Both the position numbers and the translations under genes were made by a program. A model generated the notes under the pieces. It did no database searches, was not told the origin of the DNA, and saw only the letters and a program-made list of their open reading frames with translations. A stretch of DNA of 64,000 nt from Euprymna scolopes (Eukaryota), in the NCBI GenBank assembly GCA_053919585.1, contig CM132814.1. One strand, given 5' to 3'. Shown piece by piece: positions 36,500 through 50,428 of the stretch. Every line of letters starts with the position of its first letter. The first letter of the stretch is position 1.

Positions 36500-37430
36500 C
36501 AGAGACCCGCATAAGTTTACAATACACATTTTAAACTGTCATTTCTTAATTTTTAGCTTCAAAATGGTAATGAAACTATTGGGAACATAGAAAATGTATT
36601 GAACCGCAGACAGGTAATGTGGGAAAAATAATAAAAATAATAATTTAACACAATGCGAAAAGAAAACTCAATAATTAACAACGCAAAAGTTATACAATAT
36701 TTAACAATTAATAGTAGTTTGTAGCATAACCATAATTGTTTATTATAGCAGACGGTTTGAGTAATCTCCCACGAACTTCTTATATGTGTCTTGTGTTATT
36801 GTATTCCATTTTTCAGCACAAATAATCTCCAATTCTCGTAAAATTTGAAGTTCTCTTCTATCGACCCGTAATTTCAATTCTCCCCATAAATTCTCCATAG
36901 GATTGAGATCAGGAGATTGACTAGGCACCTAAAAAACATTCACCTTATTTGAAATAAGCCAATTTTGTGTGAGTTTCACAGTGTGTTTTGGATAGTTATC
37001 ATGTTCAAAATCCACTCTGATTTCAATTTGAGCTACTTCAGACTTTCTTTCGGATTTTTCTCCAAGATACTTCTATAAAGTGCTCCATTCATTTTTCCTT
37101 TCATTATTTCCACTTTTCCTAGACATTCCGCACTTAAAAATATCCAGATAATAATTGATACTCCTACAAATTTTACGTTTGTAATGGTATTTTTTGAATG
37201 GTAATCAGTACCCTTTTCTCCAAACTTTCGGTGTTTTTGGAGTGCCAAAAATCAAATTTGGTCTCATTTGACCAAAGCACGTAATGCCCCAAAACTCTAG
37301 AGGATTGCATACTAATTAGCAAAATCAAGCCTAGTACGAATATGCTTTATCTTAAGAAGGGGAGTTTTCCTTGGTGATCTAGAGAAGATATATTTAACGT
37401 GAATGCTTCTACTGTAATTGTGTCTATAGT
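36500..37430 (-). mobile_element. Tc1-like transposase fossil
   Basis: PSQSPDLNPMENLWGELK (SPDLNPIE motif), VKFVGVSIIIW...G.MNG.LYRSIL and an upstream PRKTPLL. Confidence 0.88.
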
Positions 37431-37887
37431 AACGTTAATTTCACTGTTTCTACACCCTTCGTGGTTAATATACACGTTAGATATACGTTGTTAATATATA
37501 CGTTAGATATACGTGTGTTCAACACGTTTGGTTCATTTGCAAGGACAACGTGATCAGCCAAATGAAGGCTCGATGCGTTATACTTCTAGTGTCGAATTAC
37601 TGTTCCAACAGAATTCAATGGAACGTACGGCCACCAAACAATCGCAACAGGAACAAATTTATTAAACGCCGAAAACGTTCGAACACATTAAGCAATCTAG
37701 AGTTTTTGAAACTGCAGAAGTTATGAACATTGCATAGACGATGGTTGCCCGCAATTTAGCTATTATTCCGTAGAGAGTGCCCATTCTAAACCATTTTTAT
37801 GTGGCGTGATAACTATCATTAGACAATAATTATTCATTATACATACACACACTAGTGGTTTATCCTTACGCAATATAAAGTATGTAA

Positions 37888-37956
<69 letters not shown>

Positions 37957-38879
37957 TGAGGAAGAGAAAGCGAAAGAAAGAGTGAGAGAGAAACGAGACC
38001 GAGAGAGGGCGGAAAACGTTATCATCACCTGTCTCGTTTTGTTATCTATATATAAATAAGATAAAAGATAACGTGGGTATTATTCAGATTGTGTAGCTGT
38101 TTCACATACGAGTGACTGGTTTTTAGTTTTTGGAACGTTTATTTGTTTTAATAAATCATTTTGCCATCATTTTTCATAAGTTTTGGTGTCGGTTTCGAGT
38201 ACAGCTATTGGCAGCAAGACAGCTATCTTATATGATGTATTTTTCAAAGAATTATTCACAGGTTTTTGTTTCGTTTACGAAAACTTATGTGCTATAAGTT
38301 ATAACTGATAGCACGTAATTTTTTTTTTTAGAAATAAGTGTACAAGGAATTCTTCATAAGTTTCGGATTCGGTTCTGAATATAGTTGATGCGAATCGCGT
38401 AATCATTTCACATAAATTATTTGATCAAATATTCTTTATGAGTTTTGATTTCGGTTTTGATTATAGATGAAGAGACTCAAGTATCATATTAAATTATACT
38501 TACGACTGGACTACCTAAAGCGTTCCTTACTAGCTTAGCTAAATACGTTTGCAGTGTTAACAAAAGAGCTACAATATTTTCAGAATGTGTTCATTTACGC
38601 TGAAAATATGCAGATCGCAAACATCAATATATTACATATGAATGAGTCCCCTTTTCCGCAAGTGTTCATAATTATGTTTATTATTAAAAAAGTATGGATA
38701 GAAATGTTATATGTACAACAACATTAAGCGATGTAGGTCGTTCAGTCGTAAGCAGAAAGTTTTCCGCATATAATTTTTAACTCATAATAGTTGTGTGGGT
38801 GTGCGTATATGTACATGTATAAATGTGTGTTTACACACACACACACATATAAATATATATATATATATGTATATATATA

Positions 38880-38914
<35 letters not shown>

Positions 38915-38916
<2 letters not shown>

Positions 38917-39643
38917 AAAGTACCCGTCGTTGACTGGGTTCAAAAACAGCCTACAGAAAATGGACTCTGATTTATGAAAGTAAGATAGGTTATGAAAAGG
39001 AAGGGTTTTAAAGATATAGCTTCGAATTTGGGGGTATCAAAACCAAAGCAAATATGATGAAAGTAAAAATAAAATAGATAACCCCCATAATTTATTATAC
39101 CATATCTGTTAACACTGAAACAATTATCACAATATTCTGTAGACCTATAAAATAAATACCTTGCTAAACTGTGTGACATATGTCCATTCTATGGAGATCA
39201 GGCGCGAACCAACACCCCATAATTTTATTATTCTATATTTTTTTCAACTGAAACATAATTACCAAAGTATACTTACGCAGATAGATATGAAAGTGTGTCC
39301 CTATTTCCATTCTATGGAGGCCAGGCGCGAACGCAGACCCCACAATTTTATTATATCATCCCTATTTAAGGCAAAACGTACTTATAAAAGTATTCTTATG
39401 TACACCTATATTAAAAACACTTGTAAACGGTTTTTTATAATTTTTTAAATTTTTTATGTCCATACTTTATAAACCAGGCGCGTATGCAAACCACACAATT
39501 TTAATGAATCATCATTATGCCAGATCAAACATACCCATTCCTGTGTCTCGATACATCTTTCATCATTATATATGATCAGTTTTCTATAATAGTCAACCGT
39601 ATAGGAGCCTATTCGCAGTGGCGTTCAACTTTATATTATAGAT
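38915..39643 (+). mobile_element. Non-autonomous Helitron/HINE-like repeat with subrepeats, copy 2 (more complete)
   Basis: Terminal hairpin-like acccgtcgttgactgggt, three caggcgcg..c..a.cc.ca.aatttta subrepeats and an end at tatattatagat. Collinear with the inverted copy at 28885-29430. Confidence 0.7.
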
Positions 39644-40167
39644 ACACGTGTGTGTGCGTGTGCTCGCGTATGCGTGTTATGTATAACTGTATCTGTTAAG
39701 GAATTCACATATTCCACATATTTTAGTCTAGTGATAACAATATCTTTGATTCTATGTAAATTTTTTTTAGTAAAGATGTTTTATATTTACAGTTTTAGCT
39801 ATTATGAATAGTGTCCAATTCTATAAATATGCGAGCCAGTCTGCTGCAGCGATTACAATCACGTAGCTCTCATTTTTGGGGAGCTGGAAGTTCCTCCATG
39901 AATAAAACGTGTGCCTAAATAGTTCTGCACTTCTGTCATGCACGTGTTTTGTGAGTTTTTNNNNNNNNNNNNNNNNNNNNNNNNNNNNNNNNNNNNNNNN
40001 NNNNNNNNNNNNNNNNNNNNNNNNNNNNNNNNNNNNNNNNNNNNNNNNNNNNNNNNNNNNNNNNNNNNNNNNNNNNNNNNNNNNNNNNNNNNNNNNCATA
40101 TTGTACGGACTAATACATATAGCAGTTTTTGGCTGTACACGTTGGGATTCAGTGTGTCTTTATTTAA

Positions 40168-40260
40168 AACTAGCGGTGGCTACCCGGCGTTAATCATGTG
40201 CTTGTAGGTGTGTGTGTGTGTGTAAAAAAAAACGTGAAAAGAAGAAATGAAAGTTTTAGT
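40168..40260 (-). mobile_element. Helitron-type 3' terminus (GC-rich subterminal motif plus CTAG|T)
   Basis: Minus strand reads ...aacgccgggtagccaccgCTAGt, similar to the terminus at 61520-61550. Confidence 0.5.
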
Positions 40261-43200
40261 AGAAAGATCGGATTGAACCCCGAAGCCTTGGCGCGAAGGT
40301 GGAAACGAAAGGAAAAAATAGGCAACGACCTAGGAATTGAGGAGCGTGTTAAATTAAGTGTTAAAAAGTTGCAGAGGTTCGATTGAAAGTTGGCCGCTTA
40401 ATGAGGCAATCGCGGGGTCGTGTCATTTTTTTTTTATTACTGCGGGGCAGTCTTTTAGCGCTTGTTTACTTTGTTTCGAAACGGATCAGTTTTTGCTTCC
40501 CGAAAATGAGGAGGGGGTGGAAGCCAGCTTCCCATTTAAAGGGATATTCCAAAAACTGTGAACCAAAACTGAAAGTGAATTCCCGTCAAGAACGGATCGG
40601 GCGAGACCGGCAATCATGGGTGTCAGCCGAACAGCCTCGTAACAGACGCAGAGCACCTGTTAAAAACAAAACAAAGCAAATCGAAAAAAATGCCAACGCA
40701 AATAAACTCCAAAAAGAAACTTACCCTGTAAAATTCCAATATGTTTAATATATTTTAGTATGTAATTATTCGGATGTTTGTTTTTTTTTCGTTTTTTTTT
40801 CTTTTTTTTTGGTTTTTGCCAAGTATTTACCCGTAGTTTTTTTTGTGTGTTTATATTCAATTCGTTTCGTTTCGTAGATTATAAACATAGGTCACAGACG
40901 GTATTTATCGCTGTCCGAGTTAAGAAAATAAAAAAGAATAAGTAACTAATCTAATAATAATTCACCCCTCCACCTCAGTATCACCTTAAAAGCAACTGTG
41001 AACATAGACGACGGAAAGAAATATAACTAAAATAAGAAAAATATAAAGTCCAGTATCTCCTTAAAAAAATACACGCGATGTTCTCTGTGTAAACTGTCAA
41101 CGATAATGAGAAAAAAACAATAAAATAAAACAAAAAAAGGGAAAAATGGCGTAAGTACTCATTAGATTAGGTAATAGAAGAAAAAGAACAATAAATGAAT
41201 AAAAAATTGTAAAAAAAAGAAAAGAAAATGCAATAAGTAACCGTTAGAAAAGTTGTATACCAATCTACTTTTAAAGCAACTATTAACGCAGATCGGTGTT
41301 TTCTATAAATTTTCTACTGTGAACGGTCAAGTCCGGCGTAAATAGTTGTCGGTGTCCATTGATTATAAGCAATTTTTGCAGCGAAATCTCACCAGATGAA
41401 ATATAGGAATTTACGATCAGCGACGTTATGGAAATAATATGCATATAACACACCTCAGATATTGTGCTGCAGTCTGTGTGTAATGGATTTGCATGTAATG
41501 TTTCGATTTTAATCCTATTAAGGTCAAACTCAGACTGAAAAAATTAGTCCATTTTATTTATATAGAGAAGAAGAGAAGAGGAGAGATATAGCAACGACCC
41601 ATGCCAGCCAGTTTTAGCTGAGGACATATGAACTCGTTGATATTTCCATGTCCATATCGTTTTACACCGGGGATCTGGTTTCCCCAAATAAGTAATATGC
41701 CCCGGTAAATAATAGTGTTACACAAGTCCATACGCAATCTTTAAAAAGTGCTAAAGCGTTAAAATATTAATTCTTAAAAATGTTGTAAAACTTTCTATGC
41801 ACCCGTGTTCAACTAATCCAAAATATAGTTAAATACAAAAGTTTGATTTCTCAATTATAAAAAAAATAAATACACATGTTTTATTGCATAGAGATGACTA
41901 CTTCCCAGAAGAACTGGCTACGAAAAACACTCGTGCTCGGATTTCTTCTTCATAGGTTTGCCCATGCCGACATTTTATGTAATCAGTGAATGAAAGAGCA
42001 AAGTTCCAACTAAAGCAAGTTAGAAGTAAAAACCAGAAGAAAGACATAACTATGGTAGTTATACAAAAACATATTGAACAAAAGTACGTGTGAATCTACC
42101 ATCACTGTCCCGTCGCTGTTCATCTACATCTGAACTATGCGTCTAGTCTGTCAATTTTAGAATTACAGCTAACACTCACTGTATTGTTTGACACTCCAAA
42201 CTTGTCTCTAGACCTCTCCCTCGTCGTTTCGAAACAGCCAATATTCACCAAATTTATAGATATTTTTTTTAATTAGATTACAAAAGGAAAACGTGAATTA
42301 ATTAAGCGAAATATCTTTCGACGCAAATTTTAAGATTCTGAAAGCAATGTGCATTACTGATTGTATGAAAAATCCCAAGTATTCATAATGGACTCCTTTT
42401 TCTGGTCAGTGTATGATTAACCAGTTCGTGGAAAATAAATATCTTACGTTATTTGTCTAAAAAGAACGCATTAAACATTGCGTGAATCCGCTTGATTTAA
42501 GAAGCAAAAAACGATATTTATTAGAATGACAGAAAATGTCTATTTTCCTTAGTCGTAAAATAGTTTAATTTATACATATCCCCTATTTGTTAATATAGAG
42601 CAAGTTATTTATGGTGCATTATACAATACCAAATACATAGTAGGTATTCCAAAAATAAAACAACAATATGACTTGATGCTCTCTAATAGAATCGAAAAAC
42701 AACTTTAAGTGCCCTAGTCTCTAACGTTTAAGCTATCGTTACCTAAATAGGGGCCCTGTCGGTGGGGCATTAGAACACGCCGACTGTCCCCCTGCAGAGG
42801 GTAAAAGTCCTTCAATGGGGGTCCTGGAACCGACCTAGATAGGAAATAGGTAAAACGAACATATTTTTGTATATGGAACATAATAAAGCAAGACGGCTTC
42901 CTAGCTGTCTAAAATATCTAATTCCGGTGCAATAGGTTCTAGATAAGGTCGTATGTTAAATTAACTCGTCTAATTCCCATCATCGCTGACCATCACGATG
43001 TGGTCTTACATGACAGCCATTAACTCTTATACTTCGCTGGCGCTCAGATTAAACTTTTGACTCACAACACGATATACCCGTGCAAAATTACGCATACAAA
43101 TATAAATTTATCGAACCAGTCTGTTTCTCTTAATAGAATTACACCTTCAGCCGATAATGACATATAAACTCACTCATATATTATCGCATGAGAAAATGTG

Positions 43201-43499
43201 CTAGGACTCTTAGCGTGATTTATCTCTCAAGATCCGTTTCTTTGTGGTGTGAACAAACTGAGATACCAATAGCACACTCGTTAGCAAGCATGCGTAGACA
43301 CGTTGGATGAAGCGATGGTGCTGGGCGTGGGAGAATACATTAACCTCAATATCGATTAACTGAAAAGTTTCAATCACACCTTACTGGTGTTTATATAATT
43401 ACACCCCACAAAGCACGCACAGATAGAACTAGTTTTCATTAGGATTGCAAAACAAATCTAAAAGTAATCGAGTGCATGTTATAGTATTACACACAGGGA

Positions 43500-44000
43500 A
43501 AATAAAATAAAGAAAGAAAAATGCAAAGCAATTCAATATTAATATCAACATTTTAATGCAATTAGAGAAGCAATACATGTTGAACACTTCTTTTCTAGCG
43601 AATGGAATTGAGAACTATGATATATTTCTGTCTGTACTTTTTATGAAATTTAACACGAAGATACTTCATGAACCTGGCAGTAGACATAGACAGGTTTTGT
43701 AATGGAAGTTTTTAGATATGTGGCGATAATCGATAATACAAATGACCTGACGAGCGCACGAAACAATCGATTTTTTTAACCTCTTAAAGAGCCTTATATA
43801 ACAGTTGTCTTGAAATCATCTCGAAAGGCTCGACATACAAAAATTAACTGCGTGTTTCTTGATATTACAAGGTGATTACCGACATGTCTATTTTAGAGCA
43901 ATACTGAAAAATGAAAAAGTTTTCACTAGCATTTTAAACGAAATTTAAACTATAAAACAGAAAAACAATTATAAAATCAACAGTATATACCGTACAGTGG
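43500..44000 (+). mobile_element. Possible hAT (Ac/ZBED-like) transposase remnant
   Basis: Scattered pieces AIREAI...SSEW...FYEI...TACFLD resemble the hAT region K.AI...EW...PF....A..LDPR. Very degraded. Confidence 0.3.
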
Positions 44001-44204
44001 AATTATTACTATAATTAATTGTGGAGTAATCGCAGCATGGAAGCATATGAAACTTCTTAACGATCCACTGCATTGAGTCCAAAACAGTCCCACCCTATCA
44101 ATGGATTTGATTTAAGAATAGGGCAATTTCACCGATTTCTATGAAAAATATATAGGTGAGAAACATTCATCGATCATTATTCATCCTTGTCAATATCGAC
44201 TCTG

Positions 44205-44259
<55 letters not shown>

Positions 44260-44399
44260 GGGTGGCCCACTTAAAAGTAGTGCGATCTCTCTAATTTATC
44301 CTTTATTGATGTTTTCAGTGAAATCGGTCCATTAAAAAGTAGCCCGATATTTCTCATCTTTTTCTTAACGACTAACTTACACATCAAGACCAAATGCAA

Positions 44400-45441
44400 T
44401 TATTTTTACCGACAAGATAGGGTCACACGATAAAACACAAGAAAACGGCCAATGTAGACTCTTTGAACAAATACACGAAGTTCTAAACCATATAGTAAGT
44501 GAATATAGCAGACTGCTTCAAAAAGTAATAGAGAAGCAGGGATGACCCACTGGGAATTATGCAAACAAGTGCATTTTGAACGTACAAACAAATGGTAAAG
44601 CATAAGCTCGCAACAGTACTCGAAAACTAGAACCACAAAATCCTATGAGACATGGACATACATATGGACAAACCCATCCAAGAAAGAAGACCAGATGTAA
44701 TAATTAACAAGAAATAAACATCCTGTCAAATGGTAGATTTTGCTGGGACAGCTTACCAGAGGAAATGAGAAACGGAGCAAATACGCAGAGCTAAACGGAG
44801 AGTTAAAAGGGATTTGGATGATGAAGAACATCAAAATAATTCCTATAATAGAAGGAGCACTAGGAATAATTTCGAAAAAAATGAAAAAAGAATGGGAGAA
44901 ATTGGAATCAAAGGAATTGCTTCAGAGATACCACGACTAACAATAATGAAAACGGCTGAAATATTAAGGAAAACCCGTGAATGCAGTTAATAATACAAGT
45001 ATGCAATATAATGAAGAAGCGTTACAGGAAAAGAAGAAAGCTGAAGCTGCATATCTACAAGTTCTACAATCTTATTATGTATCCCCTCCGATTGTGTCAT
45101 CACCGATCTCCCCTAGAAAACATGGGTGATGCCAAAGTGTCATGAGCGGTCAATGAGGATGGAAAATTTGAGGAGACAACAATGACCAGACCTCTGATGG
45201 ACAAGCACGAAGAGAACTTAGACATTGGAGAGGCTTAGTTCCACTCAAATTCAAGTATAGAACGATAGCCGCTGCCAACGAGAAATCAATGGTGGGAAAG
45301 TGTCGCGATGATGCAAATTCATTTGAAAATGCTATCGAAGGAGGTGGAGAGAGCTGGGCGTCGGGGAAGATTTGTTGTCACTCAGCTTCCAGGGAACACC
45401 ACAGGTTTCTAATAAGATCTTTGGTGATCTGTATGAAGCTG
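44400..45441 (+). mobile_element. R4/Dong-like non-LTR retrotransposon 3' part (RLE endonuclease plus 3' UTR)
   Basis: VDFAGT...EKRSKYAELNGELKGIWMMKNIKIIPIIEGALGII (restriction-like endonuclease, IPIVIGALG motif). The 3' UTR is shared with 55800-55980 and 56100-56330. Confidence 0.85.
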
Positions 45442-45744
45442 NNNNNNNNNNNNNNNNNNNNNNNNNNNNNNNNNNNNNNNNNNNNNNNNNNNNNNNNNNN
45501 NNNNNNNNNNNNNNNNNNNNNNNNNNNNNNNNNNNNNNNNNNNNNNNNNNNNNNNNNNNNNNNNNNNNNNNNNNNNNNNNNNNNNNNNNNNNNNNNNNNN
45601 NNNNNNNNNNNNNNNNNNNNNNNNNNNNNNNNNNNNNNNNNNNNNNNNNNNNNNNNNNNNNNNNNNNNNNNNNNNNNNNNNNNNNNNNNNNNNNNNNNNN
45701 NNNNNNNNNNNNNNNNNNNNNNNNNNNNNNNNNNNNNACAAAAT

Positions 45745-46375
45745 ACCATGTAAGATAATCAATTTGATTGACAGTTTATGGACAATAAATAAATAAAATT
45801 AAGGGTCAAAGATGGATCTCCCGAGGTGGTTCCTTATCACTAATAGCGTCCATTATATTTGTAGTACCCCTGAACAATTTATTAAGATAATTCCAGATCG
45901 GATATAAGTTCACTAATACAGAAGAAAAAAATTAATTAACTTATGCTGATAGACAACCTGACACTGACAGAAAACAAAAAACACATACCTAGAGATACTA
46001 ATATATACGAGAAGAACTTAAGCCAGGATATCCAAATAAATTCGATATTAAAATGTGCGCACTGCTGAAAATAAGAGGGGGGGCTGAATGCAGCAGAAGT
46101 ACAACCAAACCAAAAAGAGATGTGATGGAAATGATAGCTAAAATTCCTGGGAACACTGAATACAAACAAAACAAATGCAACAGAAATCAAAGAGTAAGTT
46201 TGAAAGGAATAAATTAGAAGAACAAGAAAACCTCTCGAAATAATACTTTATAGTAAACACCTTATAAAAGTAATAAACACTTAGAAAAATACTTTAGATA
46301 GTTTATAACCTAAACCATAAAAGGAAAAAAAGAATCTTTATCAGAAGACCCTAGAAATTCATGACGATATGATAA
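45745..46375 (+). mobile_element. R4/Dong-like RT-domain fragment
   Basis: Remnants of GIFQGDSLSPLLF (observed WISRGGSLSLIASII) and INHLxYMDDxKL (observed IN*LMLIDNLTL). Confidence 0.65.
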
Positions 46376-46519
46376 TGTAATGCCTATAAATGTTCAGAAT
46401 TTCAAGGTAGAAAATCAATTTAAGGAAAAAGTCAATGAGAACAGTGAGACTTTATTTGTCAGATGAGGTACAATACATAGCTGCGATTTAATTACGAGCA
46501 GGTATATAACAAACTGATT

Positions 46520-47710
46520 TCCTCTCACCACTAACGTTAATCATATTTATTATGTCCTAAAGAATATCTTAAGAAAATGTAAAGTGGGACACATAAACAC
46601 ATTTAGATGAAAGATTGTATATGGATAATGGAAAACAGTTTGCAAAATGTAAGAAGGAACTAGAAACGCTAGTAAACACGACCAGGATGTTTAGTCAGGA
46701 TATTCGGATGAAATGGTTATGGAAAATTTCTTACCATTGATCAGGAGAAAATGAAAAATGGAGACACAGAAAAGTATGATACCACTCAACCAAACATAGA
46801 TGCTTGCACTAGATTTACACGATAGCTACAAACGTTTAAGCGTGCTGAGAACAAGCATTAATGAAGAACCTGAATTGTCTAAATTGAAAAGAAATATCTT
46901 AGAAGCAAAAGTAAAAAGTCCTCGAATCTATATAGGAGAAACACAATAAAAGGTATAACCATATGTGGAGTGTAACAAGTAAGGCATTCTGAACTGTTTA
47001 TGCGTTTGATAAAAGAAGAACTGAAGCATCTCCTCGAGAATACTAGAACATTAATAGCAATGCATAATACACTGCAACCAAAGGATGGCAGTGATCGAAT
47101 CTATGTGTAAAGAGAAAACTAGAGCGGAGAGAGCGGGGTCATATAGAAAATTGTATAAATGCTAGAAAATTAGAACTAGAAATATACATATTGCAGATCG
47201 TTGAAAGTATAATAACTGCAGCAAAACGCACCAAAAATGCAAACAAGACTGAAAGAGAAAAGGCAAGGAATAATATGAGAAAATAAAATTGGGACGAGAA
47301 ACAGATTCACGGACAAAAGATGAGACAGACAAAAGTCGTTGACAATAGCTACAAAATGGAAACCTTAACAGAGAAGCAGATTACTAAAAACAGGTAAACA
47401 AGATAATGTGATTAGAACTGACTACATTAAAGCACATATCCCAAACACAATGAAAACAACAAATGCACGCTGCAGACAATAATAAAAAAAACTATAAACC
47501 ACATAATATACTAATGCAACAAACTAGCCTTAAAAGAATACAAAAAATAGGCACGGCCAAGTAGGGAGAGCAGTACACTGGCAATTACGCAAACAACTAC
47601 ATCTTGACCACGCAGGCAAATTATAAAAGAAAACCGGCAGCAATACTTTAAAATGAATTCGCAAAATCTCATGGGACCTGAACATACAAACAGATACCTC
47701 CAGAAGGGCT
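46520..47710 (+). mobile_element. R4/Dong-like RT C-terminal/CCHC fragment
   Basis: LYMDNGKQFAKCKKELETLVNTTRMFSQDIRM...MHNTLQPKDGSDRIYV...CNKLALKEYK..HGQVGRAVHWQL. Confidence 0.8.
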
Positions 47711-47879
47711 GAGGTTTCATTATTTTATTATAGATTTTTAATAAATAAATCCATTGCCCGCTCTAACGAATAAGACAACAGATGTGCAGACAGTGAATTA
47801 ATCTCACTTGAGAATGACAAGAGAAACATCGTTGTTATTTAGAGTAGTGATTTCTTTGTATTTGCGTACGTAAACAGAA

Positions 47880-49080
47880 ACATTATTTTAAGGTGTGATT
47901 ATTCCACTTATTGCATCCGTATTTTCTATTACTTAAATGCGCTGAGGTTCAAGACCTAGTATGTACAATTAGAAGAATAGAAGCACATGCTTTCACTGTT
48001 AGATTACAGAATACTCTGTTACCAAAACATGTTAGTTACAAAAGCATGTTCATCCAAGATATGATTAGAGTTAAAATCAAAAGAAACGGTATCAAGTCAA
48101 AAGAAAAAAAGTCTCGATAGGTCAGCCAATTAAGTAACGCCTATCTGAGTTGTGCAACACTCACGACTAAATATCCATCGCTAATACCGAATCTTCTTGT
48201 CAATTTGGGCTTAAAAAGAAAACGATACAGAAGCGGGGATGTCCGATAAAAAAAACTGCATAAAGCGCGCGAAATAAATACCACATCGTTAGCAAATAGC
48301 TATAGGGATACATTTCAGTTAGGTTACAATAAATGATAGAAATCTTGAAGAAGTTTTGAAAATATCTTATGCCTCTGCTGCGAAGTAACAGGGGTATGTA
48401 TTCTAGTGTTGAGAAGTATCTGGTAGTAAAACATATTGCAAAAACGGACATCGACACGGTGGGACATCCACTCATAAAAAATACCTGTATTGGACCCCAC
48501 TAAAACAGAAAGTACTAGTTGAAAAAGCAATCGTTGAGATGCTTGTGCTAGGGTTCATCGAAACATTCAAGAGCACTTGGGATTTTCCCATAGTATTAGC
48601 TAAAAAATGATGGGAGGCAACGATTATGTGTGGATATCAGCGCTTGACATAAGCTACCGAAAATATAAAGATTATCACTACCAATTATTGATGATGATGT
48701 AGCACTAGATAAATAGATTCGCAATCAGAATATGATAGCTGTAAATAAACGATAATGATAAATAAAAAGCTTAATTTGTTATTGTTTGGGAACTTTTTCC
48801 AATATAATGGTATGCCTTTCATGATATATACATAATTTTCTCAGAGCAAACGTCTATAGTGCTATAGTGCAAGGAATACTATGCTTTAGCATAACGTTTC
48901 GATGGTTTAGAATTTTCAGACAAAATCGAAACTCATCTCATACATATTACAAATGTTGTTTTTTTTTATATTTGAGAAAGCATAATTAAAAATTAGAACC
49001 GTCGAAATACGAGGTTTTCAAGAACACAGACAATAGTTCGTGTTAAGAATAATCAAAGAAGAAATACATTTGACAAGAGT
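47880..49080 (+). mobile_element. Gypsy/Ty3 RT remnant
   Basis: IDTVGHPLIK..YWTPLKQKVLVEKAIVEMLVLGFIETFKSTWDFPIVLAKK.DGRQRLCVD...LPIIDD (consensus SPWxxPxVLVxKKDGxxRLCVDY...LPxIDD). Confidence 0.82.
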
Positions 49081-50394
49081 TGTTACATATTGTTAACATT
49101 AAAACTTTAATCTTGATCAACAAGGATGAAATATTTCGGTAATGATTCAGTTATATGTCTAACTATACAAAAAAGACATTCTCGCCATGGAAGCAGTTAA
49201 CTGGGATTTTTACCTGTCAACGTATTCAACCGCTTGGAACATTGTTTAACGGATTAAAATGTTCTCGAAGGCTTATAATGCAGTAATGTATAGTCGTTAT
49301 TAGCAGATAAAAATAATAAATAATTTAATAATTATTAATTTACCTGATTGTTATCTTTCTTTCTATTTTTTCAACTGTAGATAATTTATATTCCACGGGT
49401 TCTTTCGAGTGCATCAATCACCGTAAGTGAAGAAAGGCGTGTCCGCTCTCTATGCTGCCAATTGTTAATTAGCGTTTGTGCTAAAAAAATGTAAGATTTA
49501 GATGAGTAAAACAAGAGAATCACATTACCTTAACAATTAACGTAATTAATTTAAACTTTAACGCGTTTCAATGCATACAACCTGAAGCACAACTTAACAA
49601 TTAACAATTAACAGCTTTCTTAGTAGATATACAATTCTCCAATGATGATGCGTGATGAAAAAAAAAGAACAGGTAAATGAGAAATATTATTACATTATTT
49701 ATACTTTATTTATTTATTTTTCTGCTCCAAATTATTGTACATTTATGCATTATAAACCTTTAAATACACATTGTATTCAACCGCTTTTAATAGTTTGTGA
49801 ATACATCAACATTACTTTTTATTCAGAAATAAAAAAGAAGAAATAATAAAAAGAATTGTTGAGAAAAAACGAAAAGGTTAAAACCAACAAACAATACACA
49901 AAGATAGTTTCTTTAAATTAATGTATTCATGATTTAATTTCTTTTAAGTTTCTTTTCGTATTCTCTTTTAATTCCCCACCGCAGTCTTTTATAAATTATT
50001 GTAATGTTTTTTTGGAAAAGGGAAGTTGAGAGTATGTAGAAAATCGGATGCGCTGTGTGTATCACTGGCAGAAACAAAAACAAATCACCGATAAATCTAA
50101 AAAAAGCGTGTGCATCGAAAACTGAAACGAAAAACACCCGAAAAAAACTAATGGGCAGTGGAGGGAAAACGACTGGGATACTCATGGCCGACAATATGAC
50201 CGGGAAAAGTACTTAAGTTGAACATTGGTCTGCATATGCAGCAGGGAGGTCCGTGTTAACTTGTAACTATACATTTACAATTGTTCTCAAAAATTTGTCC
50301 TTAGTTATGGTTATTGTAAAAAAAAAAAAAAAACCCTACTCAGTGAAAACAACAACCAATCTACTATTAGTACAACAGCTGGTACTAGTCGTGG

Positions 50395-50395
<1 letters not shown>

Positions 50396-50428
<33 letters not shown>
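50396..50428. repeat. (GAT)n microsatellite
   Basis: Directly visible. It explains the poly-M/H/S ORFs. Confidence 0.95.
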
